Of a DNA stretch of 64,000 bases, positions 47,974 to 59,748 are shown one piece after another; within the stretch, counting starts at the first letter, position 1, and every line of letters begins with the position of its first letter. Source of the stretch: Iphione sp. A-MEVVRFRX5 (lineage: Eukaryota). Under the pieces are notes generated by a model that made no database searches, was not told the DNA's origin, and saw only the letters and a list, made by a program, of their open reading frames with translations. Location: the NCBI GenBank assembly GCA_976226885.1, contig OZ320321.1:27962001-28026000 (forward strand), written 5' to 3'. Made by a program: the position numbers and the translations under genes.

Positions 47974-50900
47974 CCCTCCCCCCTATCACACAGCCACAAA
48001 TATACATACCTAGTTTGGAGCTTTCTAGATTTGGCAATGTACTCACACACATGCACACACACTCATCAATTATCCCCTTCTACCAGCAGCACCTCCCCTT
48101 CTACCAGCAGCACCTTGTAGCAGTCTCATATAATTTGAATTCATTCAAATAACAAAACGAGGNNNNNNNNNNNNNNNNNNNNNNNNNNNNNNNNNNNNNN
48201 NNNNNNNNNNNNNNNNNNNNNNNNNNNNNNNNNNNNNNNNNNNNNNNNNNNNNNNNNNNNNNNNNNNNNNNNNNNNNNNNNNNNNNNNNNNNNNNNNNNN
48301 NNNNNNNNNNNNNNNNNNNNNNNNNNNNNNNNNNNNNNNNNNNNNNCATGTATATATTGTAGTCACACACAAGAAGTTGAGTATTATGTACAGGGCTTTA
48401 GGTTGGGGCTGCTAGGCAGCCGTGATAGCATTTAACCTTGAAATGGGCAGTTAACTCCTTCCAGACCATACCCATTCAAATCAATCATATATAGCGGATT
48501 TTTCGTAATGCAGCAGTAAGATATTTAATATTTTATGAATTTCTTTAATTTTTTGTATAAAATAAGATCATATTATAAGCCATCCAATGTCACTTGAAAT
48601 TTTGTTAGAAGACCCTGGGTTACAATGGGAAAGTAATCAAATGACCTGTAAGAACCTGAAAAGTATGTATATTCACAGCTTATCACAATTCTTTGATGAA
48701 TCGTTAATGGGAAAATAGTAAAAGTGTAATTTATGATTTCCTATAACCTTCTTTACTAAGGTATAAAATTACATGTAATTAGACTCTTGTTAATATCTTT
48801 CATGAAACTGATGAGGAAATTCATTGTTTGTTTTGTTGGGAGTGATATTTAACTAAAAAATGCATGTGTCTATTTTTTATACATCCCATGGTGCATCAGT
48901 GATGCTGGTGCATTTGGTGATGCCGTATTTTTACATGAAGCATATATACTTACAGGCCATGACAAAGTATGTTCCTGATCACATACAGAGACAACTTAGT
49001 TATGAGAACACTGGAATTCACTTCCTGAACACTTTCTTAATCGAGCATTTTCCCCTAGGATGAATATTTTTCAATGTTTTCTGTCCAGTTTGTAAATTAG
49101 TGTAAATTTATTGTAAATTTCCCAAATTATATGTTACTTTCAATCTCATCTTGTTGCCACGGCAACCAAATAAATAGAATAAAAACATGTTCAAAATAAA
49201 ATTAAGGTGTTTCATATGGTATATAACATTACAAAGCATCTCTATTAAACCCTGCAACTAAGTATGATAGAAAAATGTTGGGGTTAACGTCAGGGGACAA
49301 TAGATCTCACAGGTGCACATTATTGTATTTGTATTTTCAGTGGACCTTGCCACATATTTGACGAGATTCCAGTGGGATATTGCCAAATATCCTATTAAAC
49401 AAAACTTAAGGAGCATAGCAGACATTATAGTGAAGGTAAAAAAAATATTTGATTGCCTTTTTAAGCTGAAAGTTTCTCAATCTAGAGTCAAAATAAACTA
49501 GTATTTATTATCATTGCGTACAGTGGTAGTACCTAGTACACAATTCACAGATCCGCTCTGGACAGTGTATTACAGTATAAATTTTCATTGGTTCAGTAAA
49601 GTAATGAACAAAGTACCCATTTCTTGTAGAGAATTCACCAAGCTATGACAGTTTATATGTTTCTATGTGCGTTTCATCAGAAATCCTTCACAGTATATGA
49701 ACTATTCCTCCTTGCACTAGTTTTGTGCCATACGATTTTATTCTGTAGAAAATAATCTACAGTGTGTAAGTATAACCATCTGTGCTTTTTGGTGGAACTT
49801 TTTCTGATATGATTTAAGAGATTAGATGAGTTTATAAGACAATGTAATACTAGTTTGTGTCTCCACTCTTTGCATGTACAAAATTCACATAAATACTCAT
49901 AAAAGTTACTTTTAGTTTTGATGAATTTATATTACAGCAAGTGAACCAGATCGACAATGACCTAAAAGCCAAGTCATCTGCATATAACAACTTGAAAGGA
50001 AATCTGCAGTCACTGGAACGCCGGCAGGCGTAAGTAGAAGTTTATAATATATATGTCTTTGTCATCATGAAATTTTGAACTGATTTCCGCACCAACTTCC
50101 GAGATTTCATCTTTTGAGTTATTTTAGGTTTTAATGCTATCTAAACTTATTTCTGCACCAATGTCGAGATTTCAATCTTTGGGGTAATTTCGGGTTTTAA
50201 TTCCAAAGAAGCAAAACTATGCACCCGTTACTTGCTGATACGGTCTTTGTCAGGAAAAGGGATTTACAAATTCTAGTTAAATATCAGTTCTGAGATCAGC
50301 TTCCCGCAGTTAAGAGGCGACTGTCATTGGGAGGTGGCCGTAAACTGAGGTACAATAATATTCCCCGCATTCTTTCGCCATGTTTACATTAAATTCTTAT
50401 GAAGTCTTTATTATTAATTTACTTGTTTATGAACATGAAATTTAATCATGGAAATCTAAAAACAGAAGCATAGCATTTCGTCATCCTCACACTGAGACGA
50501 GGGATCAGTCTGCTACTTCCGATGCTATCGTTGGAAAAAAAATATTTTTTTTAAATGATGTAATGGGCAATGTTTTAATTACAGGGGAAGTCTTCTGACG
50601 AGAAACCTTGGTGATCTGGTAAAGAAACAGGACTTTGTACTGGACTCGGAGTACCTCACTACGCTGGTTGTTTGTGTGCCCCGGTAAGTCTTCCCCCTAC
50701 TAAATAAACCAGATAGGAATTAACAGTATATCTAAGAGAAAATACCTTTTCACGCAGATTTAGTCGCATGACCGAAATGAAAACACAGTTGTATCTGCAC
50801 CATATCAGATATGACGAGGGATGTTCCGTTGACCACTGAAAACCATTATACACAGCACACAAGTGCATTTGTGATACCATCGCACACATTTGACAAATCT

Positions 50901-53900
50901 AAGACCATTATCTGTGTCTGTATCAAAGCCATGTTAGTCTTTGTCACTGTGTTGCCACCCTGCTTCCTCTAGTTGGTTTGCTAAACACTGACACAGACAC
51001 AGATACATTGGCACTTGTCCCAATCTGTTGCTGGTATACATACAGATACATGAAGCAGTCCAGGTAATAAGCATAGATGCCAAATAACACGGATCCACAG
51101 CACCAAACACGGCCATGAAAAAACAGGTGTATATGGAAATTAGAGTCACCATAGATAGCACTGTCACTTTTTTAGAATGTACATACGGTTGACACTCTCT
51201 TAAAAACCAATTCACAGGGATGCAAACCCGGGGGAAAGACCCAAATCCTCCAGTTTCAAGGTTGATCTCCTACACAAGTTTTGACTGTCTTGTGTGGTGG
51301 ATTTGGCTGGAGCGATGCATCATTGTTACTTTAGGGTTGGGTCGATTCTCTACATCTAGCTGTTTGTTTAATCACAGTTGTGCATAAATTACATTTCAGA
51401 AAGATGTGCTACGTGCGGAAAAGTATTAATTGACTGGTCTGTCACCTGGAAATACATTTAAATAACATTTGTATTACTTCCAGGTTTAACCATAAGTGAG
51501 AACTGGTTATTAGAACCTTTAAAATATGTTAAATGTGAGGAACATATTAAAAACATCTGCAAACCCAACTTAAGTGAATGGGAATGAATAATAAATATAC
51601 TCATTTATGATCCACACAAAATTCTTAAATGTCTGCCTCATATATTGTTGTAGCCTCATGTATAAAAGAAGCTATTTTTGCTTGTGGTCTAATCTGATTT
51701 AACAATCATTGTAACTACTAAACGGTGCCATTCGACGTATCTAGTTCTTCCTGCTGTTGGTAAACGTTTATTGAATTCACATTGCAGTGCAAACTACAAT
51801 GACTGGAACCAGAGGTACGAACGCCTGTCTGACATGGTGGTGCCACGCTCCTCCAGGTACGAACAAGTATATCACCGCGAGTACCGTGAATAATGTGTGT
51901 ATTTATTTCCTTATGATGCAGATAAGAGGGGAAGATTAGCAAAAATAAATTACCCTTAAGAAATAATCCTGTAAGTACTTGGAACCTTCAAATGCGAGAA
52001 TACCGGTATTATTTCAGTAAAGTTTTTCATATATGTAAGAATTAGTCACTACATGTACCTGTATTGTCGTGGTGGCTCCCTTGAAATGATTGAATAAACA
52101 ACTGCTGCGATAAAACGATCTGGAATATTCACCTGATGCGAACTTCTGTATGCTTGTTTTGGGCCAATTTGTGGACAACGATGTATGAGTATTTTGTTCA
52201 AACCTTCCCCAATGTCATGTAGTAATTCATCGTCTGTTTTTTGTTTTATGTTATTTCTTTTCAGAATGATTTTCGAGGATACCGAATATGGCCTCTTCAC
52301 GGTAACCTTGTTCAAGAAGGTCATAGATGAATACAAGCTGCATTGCCGTGAAAACAAGTGAGTAATTATACACTTTGACTACAGCTGAGTGAACAACACG
52401 AGATGGATGCACTCCCCACTACACGTGCTCCAGTGTAAAACGTATGCCTGATAGGTATCAGCCCATCTCGTGAAGCAGTAATGTATATGCCATAAATTGA
52501 CCTATCGTCACATTGTGGTACAACGTCACAATGCTGCTACCACTGTGTATATTTGCAGTGGGAGAGTGTCGTAGCTCATGTATTATGACATAACTCAGTT
52601 ATCGGGGAATTGCTTCTGAAGCTTTTCCTTGCCATAATGCAATATTACAGTATCAGGTATCCCGTATACTTGTGTATGTAATTTGCTTTGCATGAAGCAG
52701 ATCTACATCTTCAGCCTTCAGTGCAACTATCTTTTTCATGCGAAAGCTCTTAGTAAGGTAAAGCAAACTTGAAACCAGCTACATGTATTTCTTCCGTTTA
52801 GATGAGGGGATGTATATATTCTCCCGGTAGCAGAAAGCCAGCCTAGAAATTGCACGTAGAAGTCATTCTTTTTGTACATATTTTTGTATCGATGAGGTTT
52901 TATTTATTTGTACAGGTTTGTTGTCCGAGACTTCGTCTACAACGAGGAAGAACTGGCTGCGGGAAAAGATGAAATTACCAAGCTAACAACAGACAAGAAG
53001 AAGAAATTTGTATGTATACCTTAAATAACAGTCAGACGGAGCAGGTGTTTTTGTCTCCTTAAAGTTGCTCTCCTGTAAATATATCTACATTATTCTTAAA
53101 AATACTGGTCTTTTCAAAGAGTTGGTCTCTAAGATCATTCAGTCTTTTCGTAGGTTTGTACCGTATGTTTATTATTTGCATAAAGAATTAACTTATCCAA
53201 GAACTTAGTGTGTCTTCATAACAACGTTTATGCAGTTACTCTATTCATATCACACTCCTACAAAAAAAAAACATTCATAACTAATGTAAAATCTCGTTTA
53301 GGGGTACCCCATTTGTATACACGAAGACGACTAAACACTCCTAAGTATTGAATCTAAAACATAATTATTTACTTTTCGTGACCTTGTACCCGAGGCAAAG
53401 CTTCGTCAGCATCAACCACATCTACAATGTAATGGTATCAATTGACTTTGAAATGGTATTAGTTAATTGAGTTGGTTGACCTTGAAATGATGACCCCCCT
53501 CCTGTCCTTGACCTTTCATCCTACAGGGCCCGCTAGTGCGGTGGCTCAAAGTTAACTTTAGTGAGGCGTTCACAGCCTGGATTCACATCAAGGCCCTGCG
53601 AGTGTTCGTCGAGTCTGTGCTAAGGTGAGAGCCCGCCACCCCTTCACACCTTGTATGCTCTAACAAGGCTTATGTAATAAATTATATGCATGTCCACGTC
53701 TCTAGGGCCAGGGCCACTACAAGTCTGAGCGCTTGGTCACCTGAGCAAAGTATTTACATGATATGCTCTAACAATAGCAAAAACTGTGGAAAATGATTTC
53801 ATTTTATTGTACAGATTATACTAGTGCAATAACTTGCAACCTTTTAAAATAGGGTGCCAAACTGGTAAGACTTTTGCAATGGGTTCTACCACAGAATATT

Positions 53901-55348
53901 CACTGCACTAACCAGTCTGTTACACATAATAGCCACCTGCCCTAACTTCTGCAGGTCTTCTTGTACCTGCGTATGTGTGTGCATGTGTCTCTGTCCCTGG
54001 GTGTGTGGGTGCATGTGCCTGTGTGTGTCTTTGCCTCTTTGCCTGCTTTTATCTGTGTTCCTCTGATTGTCTGTGGGTGTGTTGGTGTGTGTCTGTTTAT
54101 CGGTCTCTGACTGTGTTCATATGTCTCTGTGTGTGTTGGTGCATCTTTTAATCATATCCAGACCTCACGAGTGACTGTATCACATTTCCTTGAACAGGTA
54201 CGGTCTTCCGGTCAACTTCCAGGCAGTGTTGATGCGTCCTTACAAGAAGACAGCCAAGCGACTACGGGAGGTCCTCAACCAGCTCTATAGCCACATGGAC
54301 AATACCGTCTACACAGGCCAATCAGATGTGAGTATGTCTGTCTGTCTGTCTGTCTGTCTGTGTGAATGACAGCCACCTCCAACTCTTTGCTGTTTCCCTG
54401 TCTGTCCTTCTCTCCACTCCCTTTCTACCCTTCCCGTGTCACTGTCACCCTTGCTCAAGTCCTCTCCTCTAGCTCTCTTTACCTCTCACTCTCTTCCTTT
54501 CTCCTCCTATTCCTCTTTCTTCTCGCCCTCTCTCCCTTTCACCGTTGACCTCCTCCTGTCTTTTTTTCTCCCTGTCTTTCCCTTTACTATGACTATCTCG
54601 TCTATTCGTCTGTCTGTTTGCCCCCCCCTGTCCCACTCTATCACTCTTTCTCATTCTTTCTCTCACTCTCTCTCTATCTCTCTCTTTCTCTCTCTACCAA
54701 TGGACGGATTGCATACCACGGGGTAACAATGGAATAAACGGAATTCAAATGTAGAGCACTGGTCCACTGACTGAGAGGTCACAGGTTCAATCCCGGGCTT
54801 GGGACTCTTGATCACGACCAGACAGATTTACTGTAGCCCCAACCCAGAGTGGTCCACAACTCGTAAAAAGGCCGTGGGTGTATAGGATTCTATCCCCTAT
54901 GCACAAAAAGACCCCAGAAACCTATTCGAAATAAGAGTAGGGGGCAACCCCGGGTATTCTGGTCTCTCAATTCTCAACAATAGATGGTAGTATGCTACCC
55001 CAGGAGGATATGGAAGAGCTCTGTCATGTGATGAAGAATATCTAGTTCCTGGTTAAAGATACAATGAAATGAAAATGAAAAAAATGATGCAATTTTTACC
55101 AGTCACGTGACCAAATTCATTATGATGCTAACTACAGAAGGTTTCTATAATACGCGTGATCAGTCAATTATGCAGATTCTGTTTTTTAAAAAATGGTTAG
55201 TTTTCATAACCAGTCGATATTTTCATACCTCCTTCCCCGTATTTGCTTTCAGGTGGATATTCCTGGCCTAAACCTGGGCTCCGGAGAGTACTACCCGTAC
55301 GTCTTCTACAGAATAAACGTCGACATGCTTGACTCCGGCAGGCCCTAG
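46377..55348 (+). CDS. ATP6V1C1: V-type proton ATPase V1 subunit C (387 aa, 12 coding exons)
   Basis: Exons 46377-46520, 46844-46911, 47088-47173, 49341-49435, 49938-50029, 50585-50683, 51788-51856, 52265-52357, 52916-53009, 53527-53624, 54198-54327, 55253-55348. All introns GT-AG with consistent phases; 1164 nt. Motifs [71 protein letters not shown]. Symbol given by family orthology (invertebrates typically have a single C gene). Confidence 0.97.
47285..47418 (+). mobile_element. Older partial copy of the same HINE-like family, directly upstream of copy B
   Basis: GGAATGCTG...TCACACTCTTGTGG...AACTGATTTT...GGTAATTT parallels 47450-47585. Confidence 0.65.
47419..49325 (+). mobile_element. HINE/DINE-1-like element copy B, with a gap and a nested TTAA MITE, in V-ATPase C intron 4
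   Basis: Reverse complement of 25040-25573 over ~550 bp; 3' end GGGGACAATAGATCTCACAGGTGCAC matches the copy A 3' end once 48451-49283 is removed. Confidence 0.75.
48455..49283. mobile_element. piggyBac-like TTAA MITE (829 bp) nested in HINE copy B
   Basis: TTAA at 48451-48454 and 49284-49287; flanks rejoin to match HINE copy A; left end CTCCTTCCAGAC, right TIR degenerate; shares the GTTGCCACGGCAAC block with the other MITEs. Confidence 0.75.
54750..55089 (+). mobile_element. tRNA-derived SINE, probably Meta-domain type
   Basis: B box GGTTCAATCCC 54784-54794 after a degenerate tRNA-like head; central AAAGGCCGTGG...TGCACAAAAAGACCCC...ATTCGAAATAAGAGTAGGG recalls the MetaSINE domain (from memory); (TGAAA)n tail. 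Confidence 0.7.
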
Positions 55349-57486
55349 TGTCACCACCAACCACCTCCCCTTCACTCTATCTATTCCAGTAATAATAAAG
55401 AGTATTCGTTCGTAGGTTTGTGTGAACTCGAGCAGGTTGGTAGGTGCAGTGAGGAGACCTTTTCTCTAGTGTATCATGTCTCTACCAGGTGGCAGCTCTG
55501 TGTATGCAGTATATGATACCGTTTCAGGATTTGCATTGATTTTCATTTCTGCATTTATTTTACCTTTTTATCCGGTTCACATTGTGGTTTGAAGTATAAG
55601 AGGGGTGGGTGTACGTGGAACGTGATGCTAATGAGCTGCCACCTGCCGGGAAGGAGAACGTAGACGTGTATAGAATAAAAAAAAGTTGTGTCTTGACCTG
55701 TAATAAAATGAAATGAAAACTGAGAGACATATTGGCAGAACTGACATTGCAGAGCGGCAAAGTCAGCTTCAAATGAAAGTCTCGTGATAGAATACGAATC
55801 AGCCTCTGTTTATACGTCATTTCTGTGCTTTCTTTTCATTTGATGTACAATTTATATGTACCACATACACTGGTCATCTTTCTTTACGAGGAATTTAATG
55901 TGTAACCAGGCGAGTAGCAGTTAATCGTGATAGGAAATTATCTTCACCTGTATAAATGTTCAATAATATGAATTAGGAATAATTCCATCAGGAGAGATGA
56001 AGAATGGAATCATGGTGTGTACATAATTCTTCTCACAGTCACCTCCAGTTTATTCCGATGTCGTGCATTGTAAACTCCGCAACACTATGAATATTCCCAA
56101 TATATATTGATCTAACTAGCCTTACCTGCAGAAAGGGAAGGTAAATTGTAGTTAGCAACTTCCTAACTGGTAGTGAGCTGATGATAGTACCACAAGGGAC
56201 CAGATAGATCGTGCCGTAGCCAACCTGCGCCATCAACTCCTGTCAGTACCACTTTAAAACTCGTCACTTTAGTACCAGGACAGGACACCAGGTGTCTACC
56301 TGAGATACAGCCCAGTGGCGCCACCACAGTCAGCCATCTTGGATCCCTCACTTGTAGCCTAGCAGTCACCCAGTTCAGACCTGTCTGAGGGTTCTCTGTT
56401 CTGTTCTCCTGTCGATTCTGCGGATAGATTTCCTATTCTATTTTCTCCTAGATCTACTCCATGAAATCACTTATCTTGTGACCATAATGTTCAATATATT
56501 TGTCATATTTATGTAAATTTCAGTACATTTTATTCATAAGTTTGGAATTTATCAGGTTTTTAAAATGTCAGTTCAAGTGGTGCTCAAGATGTGTTGGTGA
56601 TGGTGTGAGTTAATGATGTGAGTTGATAATAGTGTGAGTTGGAGATGGCACATGCTGATCATAGTGTGAATTGTCTAGAATATGTCCCACAATATGCTCT
56701 CATCTATGGAATCACTAGCAGTTAGAGGGGCAGCTAATTGTAGATATGTAGCTGAAGTGGTCATGAAGTGGTCCTTGTACCTGTCAGTGAAAAGGTTCAG
56801 TATTGCTGTAACCATACCAACATAGAGCTGTATTTGGTGTTTCCCACCCATGGTCTCACCTTCACACAATCCCTTACACGTTCCTTGTTTTCCCGTATCA
56901 GACCTACGATTATCCGATGTACAAATTGCACATTCATTTTATTACACTGTCACAATTTACTTCTGTAACTAGCCTGTGATTGTGCTCGTATCAAACAATA
57001 GAGGTGTACAGAACTTCCACTTTACATGTAGAAGAGGGAGCGAGAAGGGAACGTCGAGCTGTACTAAAGAATGTGTCAAACTCAACTATGTGATTCGAGA
57101 TGAGATCTGACATATACTCTTGAGATGTATTTGATGTAGAATGGTATTCCCCTGGACTGTAAGGAAAGATGTCCTATGTTTCTTCCATTTCAGTTAGAGC
57201 ACACGTGTGCCACCCTGGTACCATGGTACATTGTCGAATTATAATTGCACGAAGACCTTTCTGGTGGATGCGGGTGAAGTTCTATGTTAGGCCTGCCTTG
57301 TTAAAGATATGGTTTCACTTGGTCAGATGTTGTTGGGAGTAATATTCGAGTGAGTCTTTACGGCCAGTTGATCCTAGTCTATGCCTCTTTGTACTTGATT
57401 TCCAATCTATTTGTTCGGACAGTTGAGAAGTCCTTGCAAGGTACATGAATTTAGGAAGTTAGTACGGTGGCAGTGAAAAAATAAGT

Positions 57487-57523
57487 AATAAAAATATCAG
57501 AATAAAGTTTTCATCTTTTTATT
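57487..57523. terminator. Opposing polyadenylation signals
   Basis: AATAAA on + at 57487-57492 and 57501-57506; AATAAA on - (TTTATT) at 57518-57523. Confidence 0.5.
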
Positions 57524-57904
57524 AATTAGTCATAAGTTATTACTCTAGATGCACATTATACAAAATGTCATTAACAGTTTGTTTCACCATCTGTGTTTCC
57601 TTTAGTACATTGTTAGACCACAGAGGTGCATGTCTAACTTATTCAAGTATATGTACATAGACATATGTACCCTGAAATCATTCTCGGCCTACACAATTCA
57701 AGGGAACTTGTTTCCAGGGTTACTGAAAGTAAGTGATAATACATAAAACCATCCTCAACTTTCATTTAAGACTCTCCTCACGTGTACTATACTGTAATAA
57801 AACCCTCGCCTCTCATCAAGGAATATGCAACACGCCTGCCTTTCATATGACCACTCAAATTTTCAAACAGCTGGACCCATAACACAATAAATCTTTAAAA
57901 TGCT

Positions 57905-59717
57905 CTAATCCAGACCTTCAAGGTCAGGATCAAACAGTGGTGGTTGCTTTGCTGTAGACCCAGCCTTTTCAGCTAGGCGCTGGATCTTTTCGGCTTCGGT
58001 AAGTCCTTTGGTTTCCTCCTCCTCACAACTGATTTCACTGAAGTCCACAACCCCAGTACGAGCCACTTTGGAATTGGACATGGTGTTGAGCTCCCCAAGT
58101 AGCCAGTTGGACTCGAGCTGGTTCTTTGAATCCCCAGGTCGTCGCTCCCGCTTTGAGCTATCCATAAGTTCACCAACCTGCTCAAGTTGCTCTTTCTCCC
58201 TTCTCCCTCCCTCCTGTTTGCTGGTTAGTTTCTTGTTCTCTTCATAAATCCTCTGGATGAGAGGTTTACTTGTGTCTGTGCTGGGAGAGACTTCCTCTAT
58301 GAGGACTGGAGACTCTCTCACTGGAGTTGCATCCTTCACCACCGGTGATTGGCCGGTGATGTCCTTGATGACCATTCCAGATGTTTTCTCTGTAACATCC
58401 TCAATGAGCATGCCACCTGATGATGGTGCTGCTCCTCTGTCACTCTGTGTCACGTCTTCGATAAAGATACGGTTTGTCTTGGTTTCTGGCGTCTCCTGGT
58501 CCTCCTCATCGCTCTCAGGCAATACTTCAATCTTAGGCCTGAAAACCTGTTTTCAAGAGGGCAAAGACACATGTGTCAGTAAATACAGTTAACCTACACC
58601 AATAAACCGTATAAGCATGTAAATCAAATAACTGTAACGAAGAGATGGCAAAGCAATACACCCGTCCTAACTACTGCCTCAGTAATTGATGACTGCACAA
58701 CCTACAATTCTGCCTTTTGCCCTAATATCTGACCTCTTGGGAGAATCATCTGCATTTCTCGTTCCATTTAACTGTCGTGGCATTTTGCTTTCCTATAAAA
58801 ACTATCCCGTTCATAACTGGTAAAATCAACAGGGACAGAACATTTTGGTTGTTGAGTGATGATGGCTGTCAAGTGTTTCTTTTTTTAATATCAGTGTTAT
58901 GGTACATGTATACTAGATACATGCAAAAACTGCAAGATGTGCTCTTTGAAGACTACTAAACAGTTGGTTTGTGGTATCAGGGGTAATTCACTTTTTTTTT
59001 TAAAGGGAGGATTATTTTTCAGATTTACCTTGTTCACAGATGTCGGTTCAGCTGGTTTCAGCTCCTCCTGGGTCAGTTCAGTGACATCAACATCCTCTAG
59101 TTCTGGCATCTCATCATCTACATTAATGTTCAAACCATGACAAACATGCCCAATCTTTAACACAGAAATGCTTTATCAACAATAAAAGGGCATAAATGTG
59201 CTATTCTGGTGGTTGAAACAAATTTCTCATTTCGGTTACTTTGAAATTCTGTAGGAGTAAATACCAGTGTACTGTATACAATGTTTATTTATGACAACGT
59301 GTAGATACTGAAGGTAACTAATTTTAACAGTGATTTTTTACTATTTCTTTCAGGGGGAATAATGCAGACATGAGCCTCTTACATATGATTTCACAAATAA
59401 TTCGTATGATTTTACACGTAATTCATTACAATCTATGTACTGCTCAGACATCAAAGTTGTGTCTGTGGAGCAAAATATGCACCAGTCTGAATGGTGCCAG
59501 AGAAGCAGCCGACATGGTTAGTTATGAAAAAGAACTATACACTTTGACATCGTCATGGGCAATGCATTTTGGCAGCCTCGGTGAACGGTCAAATCACTTA
59601 TCTTTGAGCAGCTAACACAGGTCAACAGTATCCCACAGTATCAAAGACTATAGTATCAGGGGTGGACCCAAGGTGTCTCACTGAGAATAGCATAGGTGGT
59701 GCCACAGTAGCCAACTC

Positions 59718-59748
<31 letters not shown>

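Noticed and set aside
19155-48372. ORFs containing X runs
   Set aside because: They read through assembly gaps and are artefacts.
59370-59615. Possible extra DNAAF1 exon
   Set aside because: It gives an immediate stop in the required phase, and the flanking exons (60096 and 59117) already join in frame.
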